A stretch of 64,000 bases of DNA from a virus. Every line of letters begins with the position of its first letter. Position 1 is the stretch's first letter. This document shows, piece by piece, positions 19,188-29,258 of this stretch. Both the position numbers and the translations under genes were made by a program. Under the pieces are notes generated by a model. It was not told the DNA's origin, searched no databases, and worked only from the letters and a program-made list of their open reading frames with translations. The stretch lies in the IMG/VR virus record IMGVR_UViG_3300025849_000009; one strand, 5' to 3'.

Positions 19188-20867
19188 TTAACCTTCACAT
19201 GAAGCACATTCTAAAATATTTCTAGAAAATGATTGTGCGGAACTTTGACTAAATTGATAGTAAAGTGTTTTAACACCAGATTCATGTGCATTTAAGTAAA
19301 GTTTATTAATATCTCTTGCTGAAACACTTGGGTGAATCATTAAATTTAGTGATTGTGATTGATCAATAAATTCTTGTCTCTGACCTGCTTGTAATATCAA
19401 TTCGCTCGGGGAAATTTCAATAAATGATTTAAATACCTCTTTGGTTGGAAAATCTAAGTGTTGTACACTTCCATCTTTTTTTAAGATTTCATCCCATACA
19501 GCTGGTGTATTTAATCCATATTTTTCTAATTCTTCTTCTAAGAATGGATTTTTATAAATTGTTTTTGATTTAGCTAAATCTTTAATAAAGTAATTAGATT
19601 TAATTGGCTCAATACCCATACTTACTGCTCCGTGAATAAATGAACTTGATTTGGTTGGTGCAATTGCAATTAATGTTGTATTAGCAAATCCACTTCTTAA
19701 TGATTTATATCCTTTTTCATCATGTAACCACTTAGATGCTTCTTCTGTTCTTTCTTTAAGAGTTTTAAATATTTGGTGATTTAATTGTTTTGCCTCTAAT
19801 GATTCAAATGCAACTCTTTTAGATTGAAAATAAGAATGATATCCTAGAACACCAACTCCAAGCGCTCTATGTTGCTCAGCAAATCTGTGAGCTCTTGCCA
19901 TTCCTGGTAAATTATAAGATTTTTTTACAAACTCATCCATTACTGCATTTAAAAATAAAGTATACGTTTCAATTGCATCTGTATCTTTTAATTCGTCCCA
20001 GTGTAATAGGTTAATAGAACCTAAACAACATACAAAAGAATTAAATGAATCAGTTGGTAGTTGAATCTCTGAACATAAATTTGATGCTGTAATTTCTAAA
20101 CCTAATTTTTTGTATGGAGAATTATTATTTGAGTTATCTTTAAACATAATATATGGATAACCGAATTCGTTTCTTCTTTGAATAACTTTAGCCCAAATTT
20201 TACGTTTATCTGCATCACCGTCTTTCATTTCTTGAATCCACTGATCAGTAACTGTAACACCGTATTGTAAATTTTGAATAGGATTTCCTTCTGTACCTAT
20301 TTCTAGAAATTCTAGAATATCATTATGTTCTACTGGTAGCCATGCTGCACATGCACCTCTTCTTGCTTCTGATTGTTTACACACATCAACTGTTGTGTCA
20401 TACATTCTGGCATAGTGTACTGGTCCATCTGCTGTTCCTCCTGTAGAAATAGTTGCGCCTCTTTCTCTAATGTTTCCTAAATAAATAGAAGTTCCTCCTC
20501 CATATTTTGACATCATGCCAATTTCTCTTGAACCATTTAAAATACTGTCTAATGTGTCATCTACATTAGAACCGTAACAACTTATAGGAAGACCTTTATC
20601 TTTACCGAAGTTAATCCAAACCGGAGTGGACATACTGTAAAAACCTCTTGCCATGTAATCTTCAAATTTCTTTGCGAATCCTTCGATTTTTAAATACCTT
20701 TCTGCTGTGTTTGCAATATCCTTGATTCGCTGTTCTGGTGTTTCAGTGATGTATCCTCGTGACAAAAATAATCTACTGTCATCGTTTAACCAATAATACT
20801 TTGGTCTTAATTCATTGTTTTTATTCGCGACAGGTTTCTCTGCGAGAGGTGTTCCGGCTTCTTTCAT
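19188..20867 (-). CDS. nrdA: Class I ribonucleotide reductase alpha subunit (no ATP cone)
   Basis: PISCY, GGGT, SNLCSEI, APTKSSS, DQSQSLN, KTLYY, C-terminal CASC. Confidence 0.95.
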   Translation of the reverse strand: MKEAGTPLAEKPVANKNNELRPKYYWLNDDSRLFLSRGYITETPEQRIKDIANTAERYLKIEGFAKKFEDYMARGFYSMSTPVWINFGKDKGLPISCYGSNVDDTLDSILNGSREIGMMSKYGGGTSIYLGNIRERGATISTGGTADGPVHYARMYDTTVDVCKQSEARRGACAAWLPVEHNDILEFLEIGTEGNPIQNLQYGVTVTDQWIQEMKDGDADKRKIWAKVIQRRNEFGYPYIMFKDNSNNNSPYKKLGLEITASNLCSEIQLPTDSFNSFVCCLGSINLLHWDELKDTDAIETYTLFLNAVMDEFVKKSYNLPGMARAHRFAEQHRALGVGVLGYHSYFQSKRVAFESLEAKQLNHQIFKTLKERTEEASKWLHDEKGYKSLRSGFANTTLIAIAPTKSSSFIHGAVSMGIEPIKSNYFIKDLAKSKTIYKNPFLEEELEKYGLNTPAVWDEILKKDGSVQHLDFPTKEVFKSFIEISPSELILQAGQRQEFIDQSQSLNLMIHPSVSARDINKLYLNAHESGVKTLYYQFSQSSAQSFSRNILECASCEG

Positions 20868-20888
20868 ATTATAAATTATTTAATTGGT

Positions 20889-21869
20889 TTAAAATAAATC
20901 GTCTTCTGTAATTGACTTACTCTTTTTGTTATAGTCAACTTGTTTCTTGTAAAAGAAGTCTCCTTCTTTTGTTGCTGTAATTTCTACATCGAACCATAGT
21001 GTTTTTTCAATTTCACTAGGGTCAACGTCAAATACAGGTTTCATTCCTATTCTTGTTAATGAATTATTAAATCTATTTTGTATAAAGTTTTCGATAGTTT
21101 TTTTAGAAAGGAATTCTAATTCTCCTTTTTCAAAAATCCAATCTAGAATTTTAACTTCCGCAGCATATGCTTTTTTACACGCAGAATCGATAAGTTTTTC
21201 AAATTCTTCGTCGAACCATTCTGGGTTTTCAGATTTAATAATGTTGATAATTTCAGATCCAAAATTACCATGAATTTCTTCTTCTTTAGAGGTTGCTTCA
21301 ACTACATTAGAAATACCTTTAAATAGATTTTTCTCTTTGTTAAACGACATCATAATTAGAAATTGGCTAAATAAACTAACATGTTCTATAAATAAAGAAA
21401 ATAATAATACTGATTTAGTATACATTTTATCATCTCTAGATCTTGTTCCGTCTAAATATTTTTTTAAATATGATATTCTATCTTTTATTGCTGGTATTTC
21501 TACGACATTTTGAAATTCTTTTTCTAGTCCCAGTACTCTGAGTAATTGTGCATACGCATCTTTATGTCTTACTTCTGATTCTGCAAATGTCATACCTACA
21601 TCACCTACTTCTGTGATAGGCATTCTCTTATAGAGATCAGCCCAAAAAGTTTTCACATTAACCTCTATTTGAGCAATCGCAAGCATAGCTCTTTTAATAA
21701 CTTCTCTTTCTGAGGCAGAAACTTTAGTTTTAAAATCATCTATGTCTGTTGTAAAATTAAATTCAGTATGAATCCAATATGAATGTCTAATAGCATCTTT
21801 GTATGCTAATAATTGTGGGTACTCATAAGGTAAAATGTTAACTCTAGGTGCAAAGATGTTCTTATTCAT
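20889..21869 (-). CDS. nrdB: Class I ribonucleotide reductase beta subunit
   Basis: W..TE, ESEVRHKDAY, EHVSLFSQF, EEEIH, DFF. Confidence 0.95.
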   Translation of the reverse strand: MNKNIFAPRVNILPYEYPQLLAYKDAIRHSYWIHTEFNFTTDIDDFKTKVSASEREVIKRAMLAIAQIEVNVKTFWADLYKRMPITEVGDVGMTFAESEVRHKDAYAQLLRVLGLEKEFQNVVEIPAIKDRISYLKKYLDGTRSRDDKMYTKSVLLFSLFIEHVSLFSQFLIMMSFNKEKNLFKGISNVVEATSKEEEIHGNFGSEIINIIKSENPEWFDEEFEKLIDSACKKAYAAEVKILDWIFEKGELEFLSKKTIENFIQNRFNNSLTRIGMKPVFDVDPSEIEKTLWFDVEITATKEGDFFYKKQVDYNKKSKSITEDDLF

Positions 21870-21892
21870 ATTGTTGTTTATTTTTAGTAATT

Positions 21893-21900
21893 TATATATC
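21893..21900 (-). promoter_or_regulatory. Putative late promoter GATATATA upstream of nrdB
   Basis: Intergenic motif copy. Confidence 0.6.
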
Positions 21901-21926
21901 AGTTGAATTACTAGTCTCTTGTTAAA

Positions 21927-23330
21927 TTATTTTTTTATTTTTTTTTCTAGTTCATAAGCCTTCTCATAATACGCGTATGAAGTCTTTTTGTAATCTTTTC
22001 TTTGAGAATATAAATCACTTAAAATCTTTTTTAAGATTGAATCTTCCTTTTTATAGACAACACCATTCTCACAAACAATTACGTTTTCATCCTTTCTTCT
22101 TTCGTTAATTTCAGGTTCAGTTACCTGTTCAATGAAAGATTCTGGTGAAATGTTAAACTGTCTCATTATTGATGGATATAGTGAAGCAAAATCAAATGCA
22201 CTTACTCCAGAATAATACCCTACAATTGGTTGTTTTACAAATGCGCCTTCGAATTTACCTTCTTTAAGAGAATCTGCCTTTCCATATTCTACACCTATTT
22301 TCTTATTAGTTTCAGCTAATTTTCTTGCCAACAAAGATTCTGTGATAGCCACGGGTGAAGAAGCTTTATAAAGAGGCATTCTAGTAATAGTTGCTAATGT
22401 TAAAAGAACTTCCATTGATCTTAATTGTTGATCAATATAATATACTAAACACGAATCAATTACATTATAATAAATATATTTAGTAAAATCATTTTCATAT
22501 AAATCCTGTAATGATCCACTGTATTTAATTTTATTAATATCTAATACTGCACCTGAAACAAAATCTAATGAGTTTGATTCTTTTACTGCAACTGAACGAT
22601 CATATTTATCATATAATTGCATATAATCGAGAATACCCATGTGAAGTGGTCTACTATCATTTCTATCAAGTGATCCAGTAATAGCCACATCGTTCAGGTC
22701 GATCTGTAATCTTTTACATCTGTTGACTATATATTGCCAGTCATAGTTTATAAAGTTCCACCCTGTCATCATTGGGAATTTGGGTAGAAACTTATGAAGA
22801 AATGTATATAACATATTATACTCATTATCAAACTTATGATATGAGAATTCCCAATCTTGATCGTAATTCTTTAAATATTCGTTAGTATCATCATTGATCT
22901 TTTTTACTTTATCATGTGGCATATCTTCTAAACCTAATACGATTGCTTTGCGTTCAGGTGTAATGATAGAAAATGATAGGATTCTACTTTTAGCTTCTTC
23001 TGGTTTTGGAAAACCGTCTATGATTTCTGTTTCAATATCGACAAAATATGTTCTTGGCATATTGAATTCATATATTTCTTCTTTGTCTTCTTCGGGCAAA
23101 GAATCCATAAAATATAATAAACTAAATTTGTTAAATGATTTAGCGAAACCTCTTTTAAGTGGACGATCATCCCAGTTTCTATATGTTTTGTCTTTGTATT
23201 TGTCTGTTTCTTTAGTGACTACCCAATTTTGAAATTGATTAACACCGTATCTTTTGAATGAGACTTTACCTTCTTTATTATAGTAAGATATAATTAACTC
23301 ATTACTAGTTTGTTCAATGTCTAATAGCAT
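21927..23330 (-). CDS. gp43: Family B DNA polymerase, N-terminal subunit (3'-5' exonuclease, motif A, first finger helix)
   Basis: DIETE, GWNFINYDWQY, YNVID, FDFASLYPSIM; ends just after YSQRKDYKK. Confidence 0.92.
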   Translation of the reverse strand: MLLDIEQTSNELIISYYNKEGKVSFKRYGVNQFQNWVVTKETDKYKDKTYRNWDDRPLKRGFAKSFNKFSLLYFMDSLPEEDKEEIYEFNMPRTYFVDIETEIIDGFPKPEEAKSRILSFSIITPERKAIVLGLEDMPHDKVKKINDDTNEYLKNYDQDWEFSYHKFDNEYNMLYTFLHKFLPKFPMMTGWNFINYDWQYIVNRCKRLQIDLNDVAITGSLDRNDSRPLHMGILDYMQLYDKYDRSVAVKESNSLDFVSGAVLDINKIKYSGSLQDLYENDFTKYIYYNVIDSCLVYYIDQQLRSMEVLLTLATITRMPLYKASSPVAITESLLARKLAETNKKIGVEYGKADSLKEGKFEGAFVKQPIVGYYSGVSAFDFASLYPSIMRQFNISPESFIEQVTEPEINERRKDENVIVCENGVVYKKEDSILKKILSDLYSQRKDYKKTSYAYYEKAYELEKKIKK

Positions 23331-23797
23331 TAATAATTATTTTTCTGGCGGTTAACGTTCTCTTCTGCTTTTGCAAAGTAGTAATTATATGCAGTTTTAG
23401 CGTCTAGTCCAATTGAGGATGCATAATTAATAAAGAAGTGTAGAATATCTACCCATTCCATATACAATTCTTTCTTATCTCCTTCAGACATATCAGAAAT
23501 TTTTAACTTATTATATTTTGTAAAGTCTTTTTTCCAGTATTTCCATACTGCGTTTCCACTACCGTCTTTAATTCCACCGAGAGCATCTGTCATTTCATGA
23601 ACTTCATCCACCAATGAGTGTGTGTTAACATGCCAGAAATCCATAATTTCTCGGATGGTCATGTTATCAAAGTTAATACCATAAGTTTGCTCTTGCATCT
23701 TCTTTTGGTTTTCCATGATGTCCGCAAGGTGTGTTGTTGATTGGTCGTAAAAATCTTTAACTTCTAGATCTTTACATTCGTTATCGATGTTTGCCAT
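23330..23797 (-). CDS. gp56: dCTP/dUTP pyrophosphatase (T4 gp56-like, all-alpha)
   Basis: NEC start, DEVHEM..ALGG..AVWKYWK, EWVDILHF, NRQKNNY end closely follow T4 gp56. Confidence 0.88.
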   Translation of the reverse strand: MANIDNECKDLEVKDFYDQSTTHLADIMENQKKMQEQTYGINFDNMTIREIMDFWHVNTHSLVDEVHEMTDALGGIKDGSGNAVWKYWKKDFTKYNKLKISDMSEGDKKELYMEWVDILHFFINYASSIGLDAKTAYNYYFAKAEENVNRQKNNY

Positions 23798-23816
23798 AAT
23801 TTAATTTGTTATACTA

Positions 23817-23844
23817 TTAATATGATATTTTAATTTAAAGTTTC
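23817..23844 (-). promoter_or_regulatory. Putative early/middle promoter GAAAC-N17-TATTAA
   Basis: Variant copy upstream of gp56 and the polymerase N-subunit. Confidence 0.55.
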
Positions 23845-23849
23845 AGTTT

Positions 23850-24746
23850 TTATAGGTCCATTTCTAAAACTTCTCCCCACTCTCTTTTTGAATTTGTTTT
23901 TTCTTTAGTTTCTTCTGATTCTGGGTAAGGTTGTCCACCTACGTTCCAAAACCAAGCCCCTTGATTTCCGTGCTTAACCATAAATTCCCAAGCCTTTGCA
24001 TCGTAGTTCATTGCTGATGGAAATGGAGGGGCAAATTCTGGTTTTACATCTGATGCAAATGCCTTTGGATGAGACCAAACTTTAGCTCTACCCAATTCAC
24101 CGTTCTGAATATTTCTAGAAACTGCAACTGCATTAAATTCAGCATCTGGCCATGCAATTTGTAAAGAGCGTTGTAAAACTCCAGTTGATATTGCTGACCA
24201 TACTTCTTCTGGATATCCATGTTTTTCTGCTACATCATATGCAACTTTTACCGCAGCTGCAGTTACCAATTCATGTTTAAGTCCTAACGGAATAAATGTA
24301 GCGTTATTATCTTCTGCCCATTGTTTTGCAATTCTATTTAAATTAGGCATTGCTGCGATTCTTCTAAATTTAGCAATAGCACCTCTTTCAATACATATGG
24401 CTTGGTGATCTGATATTACTTTACCAGATGGCATAAATAATACTAACTTCTTATTGTATTTTTTTGCTAAGTACGCAAGAGAAATTCCTGCGAATCCAAA
24501 TCTGGGCTGTACATATACTAATGTGTCGGTCGGTGCTTTCTGTACTAAGATATCTCCAAATCTACATTTAGATCCAAAGCCCATCATATCATCTCTTACT
24601 ACATTAAATCCTTCATGATTTACAATAATTGGATCATCTAGTGGATCTTGCCAATCTCCAGCTAAATCTAACCAAGCTTGCCTATTTGGCATCATTAGAT
24701 TTAAATCCTGATTCATTGTACTTGTTGTGTGTTTATTATGGGCCAT
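23850..24746 (-). CDS. PLP-dependent enzyme, fold type II
   Basis: RDDxxxxGSKxR lysine motif, GFAGISLAYLAK..KLVLFMP, AISTG, FWNVGG. Confidence 0.75.
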   Translation of the reverse strand: MAHNKHTTSTMNQDLNLMMPNRQAWLDLAGDWQDPLDDPIIVNHEGFNVVRDDMMGFGSKCRFGDILVQKAPTDTLVYVQPRFGFAGISLAYLAKKYNKKLVLFMPSGKVISDHQAICIERGAIAKFRRIAAMPNLNRIAKQWAEDNNATFIPLGLKHELVTAAAVKVAYDVAEKHGYPEEVWSAISTGVLQRSLQIAWPDAEFNAVAVSRNIQNGELGRAKVWSHPKAFASDVKPEFAPPFPSAMNYDAKAWEFMVKHGNQGAWFWNVGGQPYPESEETKEKTNSKREWGEVLEMDL

Positions 24747-25415
24747 TTAAAAGTTTGTTTTTGAATTATTATCTTTATATTTGTTGTGATAATCTGTAAT
24801 TTTTTCTATAGCTTCTTCTGCGGTATCTACAACTCTAAATAAATCAAAGTCTTTTTGACTTATTGCACCGTGTTCCCATATTGTATTTTGCATCCAATCA
24901 ATTAATCCTTCCCAGTATTTTTTACCTACTAGAACAATTGGATATTTTACATTATGTCCACACTGTGCTAGTGTAATGGCTTCGAATAACTCATCTAAAG
25001 TTCCAACCCCACCTGGAAATATTACAAACCCCTGTGAATATTTAAGGAACATTACCTTACGAGTAAAGAAATATCTATTCTCAACTCCGAGATCTACATA
25101 TTCATTCATGCTAGCCTCGAACGGTAATTCAATACCAACACCAATTGATTTTCCACCTGCATTATGGGCACCTTTATTAGCAGCTTCCATAATACCAGGA
25201 CCACCTCCGGTAATTACACCAAAGCCCGATTCAACTAATAATTTACCTAGTTTTTCCGCTTCTTTATAAATTGAATTAGTACTTAATGTTCTTGCACTTC
25301 CAAATACAGAAACACAAGGTCCTTTTAATTCATTAAATGTATCAAACCCTTTTGTAAATTCACCCTGAATTCTAAGTATTTGCCATGCGTCTTCTGCCTT
25401 ATTTTTCATCTTCAT
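24747..25415 (-). CDS. LOG family nucleotide phosphoribohydrolase (TIGR00730-like)
   Basis: VFGSAR, TGGGPGIMEAAN, RKVMF, PGGVGTLDELFE; likely start MKMKN at 25415. Confidence 0.9.
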   Translation of the reverse strand: MKMKNKAEDAWQILRIQGEFTKGFDTFNELKGPCVSVFGSARTLSTNSIYKEAEKLGKLLVESGFGVITGGGPGIMEAANKGAHNAGGKSIGVGIELPFEASMNEYVDLGVENRYFFTRKVMFLKYSQGFVIFPGGVGTLDELFEAITLAQCGHNVKYPIVLVGKKYWEGLIDWMQNTIWEHGAISQKDFDLFRVVDTAEEAIEKITDYHNKYKDNNSKTNF

Positions 25416-25419
25416 TGTT

Positions 25420-26526
25420 TTACTCGTTTGGATATTCTCTACCCCATAAATATTTTGTTGTGCTAGCATTAACTAAAACTTCTTTAGTAGGATGTTTAGC
25501 TAAATTAAAATCACCATCAAATATCCATGTATATGGAATTCTTTTTGTTGGTGATTTTATTCCATGACTAATCGCAATGTGTTTATAGAAGAAGCATGTT
25601 TTATCTTCTACGTTTAAATACTTTTGACTTTCCATTGGATTATTTGGATGATTTACTAATAAATCCATTTGTCTGATCCATTCTTCAGCATGTTTGTTTT
25701 CTGCAACAAATTGACCATTATCGTCAATTGAATATTTTACTTTACCATTTAAGTTAACTCCTCCGAATATTTGTTGCATGCCATCAAAATGTCCAGTTCC
25801 ACCAAATAAAATAGATTCAGGATCAACAAGATCCGGTCTACTCATAGCAACATATCTAGCTGTGTTTTTACATGGATACAATGGTGACCTAAATCCCTGG
25901 TGTTCTTTAAAATAAGCTTCTAATATTTTAGCAAACTCCATCATTGTATATGGTCTTTCTAAATCTTCTAGAATATGAGCCATATCTTTAGCTGCTTTTT
26001 TAGGTCCTTCAATTAACCAATCTTTAACCTTTGTGCCTTTAGGATAATAGATCTGAAATAAATCATTTCTGGCATGCCTGTTTTCTACAAAATGTTCTCT
26101 AGTTTTTTCTTCTCCTTCTTTTATTAATCTCATTATAGTTCCCCAATGTTCGTTAGAAAATGAAAAAACTATTGTATAATAAAGTAATTTTTCTAAATCG
26201 GTTTCATGTTGCATCATATAACAATATGGATGTTCATGCCAGTGTAATCTATGAGAAAATATTTGATAATCTTCTAGAAGTAATTGATCTTCTCTTTTAT
26301 CAAACGCACTGCAAAATTCAAAAAACTTAGCCAATCTTTCTTCTTCGGTCCAATCTTTCATCCAACTCTCAGCTGGTTTTTTCTTTTTGAATTTAATATC
26401 TGCATTTGTTCCAGTATATGTTATGTTTTCGTGTTCATGATTTAACTCATCATCAAATGTAAATAGTACACTCATATTTTTATTTTCTTTTTTTCTTTCT
26501 TTAATATCAGCTTCCATAATTTTCAT
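25420..26526 (-). CDS. Putative aGPT-pyrophosphorylase / amino-acid:DNA transferase-like protein (paralog 2)
   Basis: ESILFGGTGHFDG and NVEDKTCFFYK align with the adjacent paralog. Confidence 0.5.
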   Translation of the reverse strand: MKIMEADIKERKKENKNMSVLFTFDDELNHEHENITYTGTNADIKFKKKKPAESWMKDWTEEERLAKFFEFCSAFDKREDQLLLEDYQIFSHRLHWHEHPYCYMMQHETDLEKLLYYTIVFSFSNEHWGTIMRLIKEGEEKTREHFVENRHARNDLFQIYYPKGTKVKDWLIEGPKKAAKDMAHILEDLERPYTMMEFAKILEAYFKEHQGFRSPLYPCKNTARYVAMSRPDLVDPESILFGGTGHFDGMQQIFGGVNLNGKVKYSIDDNGQFVAENKHAEEWIRQMDLLVNHPNNPMESQKYLNVEDKTCFFYKHIAISHGIKSPTKRIPYTWIFDGDFNLAKHPTKEVLVNASTTKYLWGREYPNE

Positions 26527-27721
26527 TCATTTTTTTATATTCTTCAACTGATACTCCAGCACTTTGTAATATTTTATCGTCAGATGGAAATTGTGTCATT
26601 CCATTAAATGTCTCTACTAAACCTAAGTCTAACATGGCTTTTTGTCTACCATATGGATGATCTTTAATGGAGGAGGAATTCCATAAAGTGTCCATGTTTA
26701 TGTGTGCATAATCTTTTCCAGGTCTTAAATAGTTTTCTATCCATCTGATAAAGTCACATGCAACATCTTCTGCATTATACGGAAGTGAGCCAGTATCTTC
26801 ATAAATCTTTGTCATTACTGCATCTAAAAACTCTTCAGACTTCTTACCTTTCTTTTCTACAGGATCTGCAAGATAACCAATACATTCTACTGCATTAGTT
26901 CCATAATAGAACATCGATTCTCTATTCATGAATTCTGGGTACCAATCACATACATCTGCAATAACTGCGGCGTATTGAAATCTATATGCTCTTAATCCAT
27001 TATCAGCATTCCATTTAAACATCCATTCACCTAATTCTCTTAAATCTTTTTTACCATCTGTTCTTAAGAAGTTTGCCATGTCTCTGGCCATTCTTGGTGC
27101 AAATTCACATAAGAAATAATCTCCTCCTCTTTTATACACATATTCTGGTTCAGTAAAATTAGACATGCCTACGAATGAATCTTCGTTAACATTTGGTTTA
27201 GGTGGCTTCGGAAAGGCAGGAAATTGATATCCTACTGAAGTATAAAATGGAGTTGGATGATATTTTACCTTTTCACACATATCTTCAATAGTATTGCAAT
27301 CATATAAATCGAATAAGATTGTGTTGTGATAGCCTGATGGTTTAGTTGCGTAATTAATTGCAGAGCCACAAACTCTATGTAAAATAAAAATATAAAGCCA
27401 CTCTTCTAATCCAAAAACATCTTGACGACTAGTCCAATTTTTTGCAACCTCTTCTCTTTGGGGGTAAATTTTACCAGCTTGCATGTGTTCCCAATATGGA
27501 TGTTTATCTGTCCATCCATAAAAACAATCATTTACGATTTGACTAAACCCAGCATATTTTCTTTCTACAACATCATATAATTCAATGTGTTCCATTAATG
27601 GGTCATTCATGCCACTTTCAACATGAGGGACCATTCCTAAATTAGAAAGCTCTTGTTGTTTTAGAGCTAGGTTATAATATCTGATGAATTCATCATAATA
27701 TTTTGTGGTCTTAATCTTCAT
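26507..27721 (-). CDS. Putative aGPT-pyrophosphorylase / amino-acid:DNA transferase-like protein (paralog 1)
   Basis: DPLM..YDVVERK, FQYAAVIAD, FYYGTNA and NAEDVACDFIRW resemble the DPIL..NV.R / GPGA / E..LCEFDKY pattern of the family. Confidence 0.55.
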   Translation of the reverse strand: MKIKTTKYYDEFIRYYNLALKQQELSNLGMVPHVESGMNDPLMEHIELYDVVERKYAGFSQIVNDCFYGWTDKHPYWEHMQAGKIYPQREEVAKNWTSRQDVFGLEEWLYIFILHRVCGSAINYATKPSGYHNTILFDLYDCNTIEDMCEKVKYHPTPFYTSVGYQFPAFPKPPKPNVNEDSFVGMSNFTEPEYVYKRGGDYFLCEFAPRMARDMANFLRTDGKKDLRELGEWMFKWNADNGLRAYRFQYAAVIADVCDWYPEFMNRESMFYYGTNAVECIGYLADPVEKKGKKSEEFLDAVMTKIYEDTGSLPYNAEDVACDFIRWIENYLRPGKDYAHINMDTLWNSSSIKDHPYGRQKAMLDLGLVETFNGMTQFPSDDKILQSAGVSVEEYKKMNENYGS

Positions 27722-27866
27722 GTGTTGCTAGTATTTCCCATTTAAGAGGATCTCTATTTCTTTGATATTGATCCATAGACCAATCAAGATCTTCTGTTTC
27801 TAATTCTAAAACATATGATGCATCTGCTGCGTGAAATGGTGTGATTTTAATTTTATATTTTTTCAT
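27711..27866 (-). CDS. Small hypothetical protein (51 aa)
   Basis: Hand-translated MKKYKIKITPFHAAD...WEILATHED; fills the gap within the operon. Confidence 0.6.
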   Translation of the reverse strand: MKKYKIKITPFHAADASYVLELETEDLDWSMDQYQRNRDPLKWEILATHED

Positions 27867-27869
27867 ATA

Positions 27870-28931
27870 TTAAAATAAAGATAGTGTTTGTTTAATTAAA
27901 TTTTTATTTGGTTGATTTGTTTCCATGTTCCATCTGTAATACTCTCTAGAAATATGAACTGATTTGGGCTTTTCCATAACATCAAATGTTAATTCTTCTT
28001 TTGCATTAAAATAAACTTCTGGGTGTTTATAAACTTTCCAGTTATTTCTTTTAGCCATATCATCAATGCCTAAATTAATTTCATTTACAAGAACATTACG
28101 CTCTGACCATGTTCCAGCAAATGGCGTTCCTTTGTAATAACCTGTTTTTGGCAATGGTCTAGATTCGTTTTCAATTGGCAAAACATGTACAATCTCAATG
28201 TCACTAATACCCAAACTAATAAGTTCATCTTCATATTTTTTTAGAAGTGTTTTTACAGAATCTGAAGGATTAGATTGGCGCATCAAATGATGTCTTACAT
28301 CAATATTACCCATATAAACTGTTAGACTTTTAACCCATGGATATACATAACTTTGTAAACCTCTTTTTAATGCACCATGCATAGTTAATCCATCGTGTCT
28401 TTGACACATATATCCTGCTTGATACATTCCAAAAGAGTGACTATCACCGAAACATAGTTTTTCTGTTTTGTCTATGTGATCTACACGATGTATATTTTTA
28501 CACAGTTCGGTTGCTTCTTCAATTCTAGTTTCAAGTGTTTTAAATAAATCAGTTCCCGCTTTGAGTCTAGTTTGAATCAAATTACCAATATCTGGCATAT
28601 CATGATGTAAAGAATATTTTTTAACGGGGGAAAATAACCTCATTAATTGGTGATATAAATCATCATTAGATCCTCCGAATATATTGAAGGTGCCTTTAAA
28701 TTCCATACCATGATCAATTAGAATTGCGTCATAGTCATTCCAATCAGTTTGGTTAGATGTGATTACTTCTGCATTAGAATACCCTGCGTTTTGTAATTGA
28801 TTACATAGCATGTGGGCCCATGCGCCTTTATGTGATGAGATTTTAGGGCTAATCTTACCGACTAATGCACATATACCTACTCTAATCGATTTGTCGGTTT
28901 CCTTTTCTGTAAAAAATGTTAGTTCTGTCAT
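27870..28931 (-). CDS. Protein with a C-terminal SGNH/GDSL hydrolase-like domain
   Basis: FGDSH, MGNIDVRHH and late SVH motifs. Confidence 0.6.
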   Translation of the reverse strand: MTELTFFTEKETDKSIRVGICALVGKISPKISSHKGAWAHMLCNQLQNAGYSNAEVITSNQTDWNDYDAILIDHGMEFKGTFNIFGGSNDDLYHQLMRLFSPVKKYSLHHDMPDIGNLIQTRLKAGTDLFKTLETRIEEATELCKNIHRVDHIDKTEKLCFGDSHSFGMYQAGYMCQRHDGLTMHGALKRGLQSYVYPWVKSLTVYMGNIDVRHHLMRQSNPSDSVKTLLKKYEDELISLGISDIEIVHVLPIENESRPLPKTGYYKGTPFAGTWSERNVLVNEINLGIDDMAKRNNWKVYKHPEVYFNAKEELTFDVMEKPKSVHISREYYRWNMETNQPNKNLIKQTLSLF

Positions 28932-28934
28932 AAT

Positions 28935-29243
28935 TTATTTTATTGGATCTTCAGTGTCTTTATAACCGTGCTTTTCAACATAGTTATCTAGTGCACCTAA
29001 ATATGCAACTGCATCTAGCAGATTGTCTTGTTTATAATTATAAGAGTGTCGACTTAGTTTAAGTGCCACAAGTGCAGCATACATATCTGAGCCGTTTAGT
29101 TCTTTACCTGTCATGCCATTAAAAATCATAGCAGCTCTTCGCATACCTTCTTCGAATGGACCATATTGACGTGATTTTTCTTCTGAGCGATTGTTTACTA
29201 TTTCGTTAGCTTCAGATAGGATGTTTGTTTTCTTTTTAGACAT
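28935..29243 (-). CDS. DUF6378-like small helical protein (nucleotide-modification associated)
   Basis: ILxEA..IV..R...YG, KLSR, DNLLDAVAY. Confidence 0.7.
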   Translation of the reverse strand: MSKKKTNILSEANEIVNNRSEEKSRQYGPFEEGMRRAAMIFNGMTGKELNGSDMYAALVALKLSRHSYNYKQDNLLDAVAYLGALDNYVEKHGYKDTEDPIK

Positions 29244-29258
29244 ATAAAACGTTTAGTA

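Noticed and set aside
18273-21926. Intron or split intein joining the polymerase halves
   Set aside because: The interval holds intact genes, a terminator and a promoter; neither half has intein terminal residues
25416-25469. Track start of the LOG ORF at 25469
   Set aside because: Overlaps the upstream gene; ATG at 25415 just after that gene's stop is more plausible
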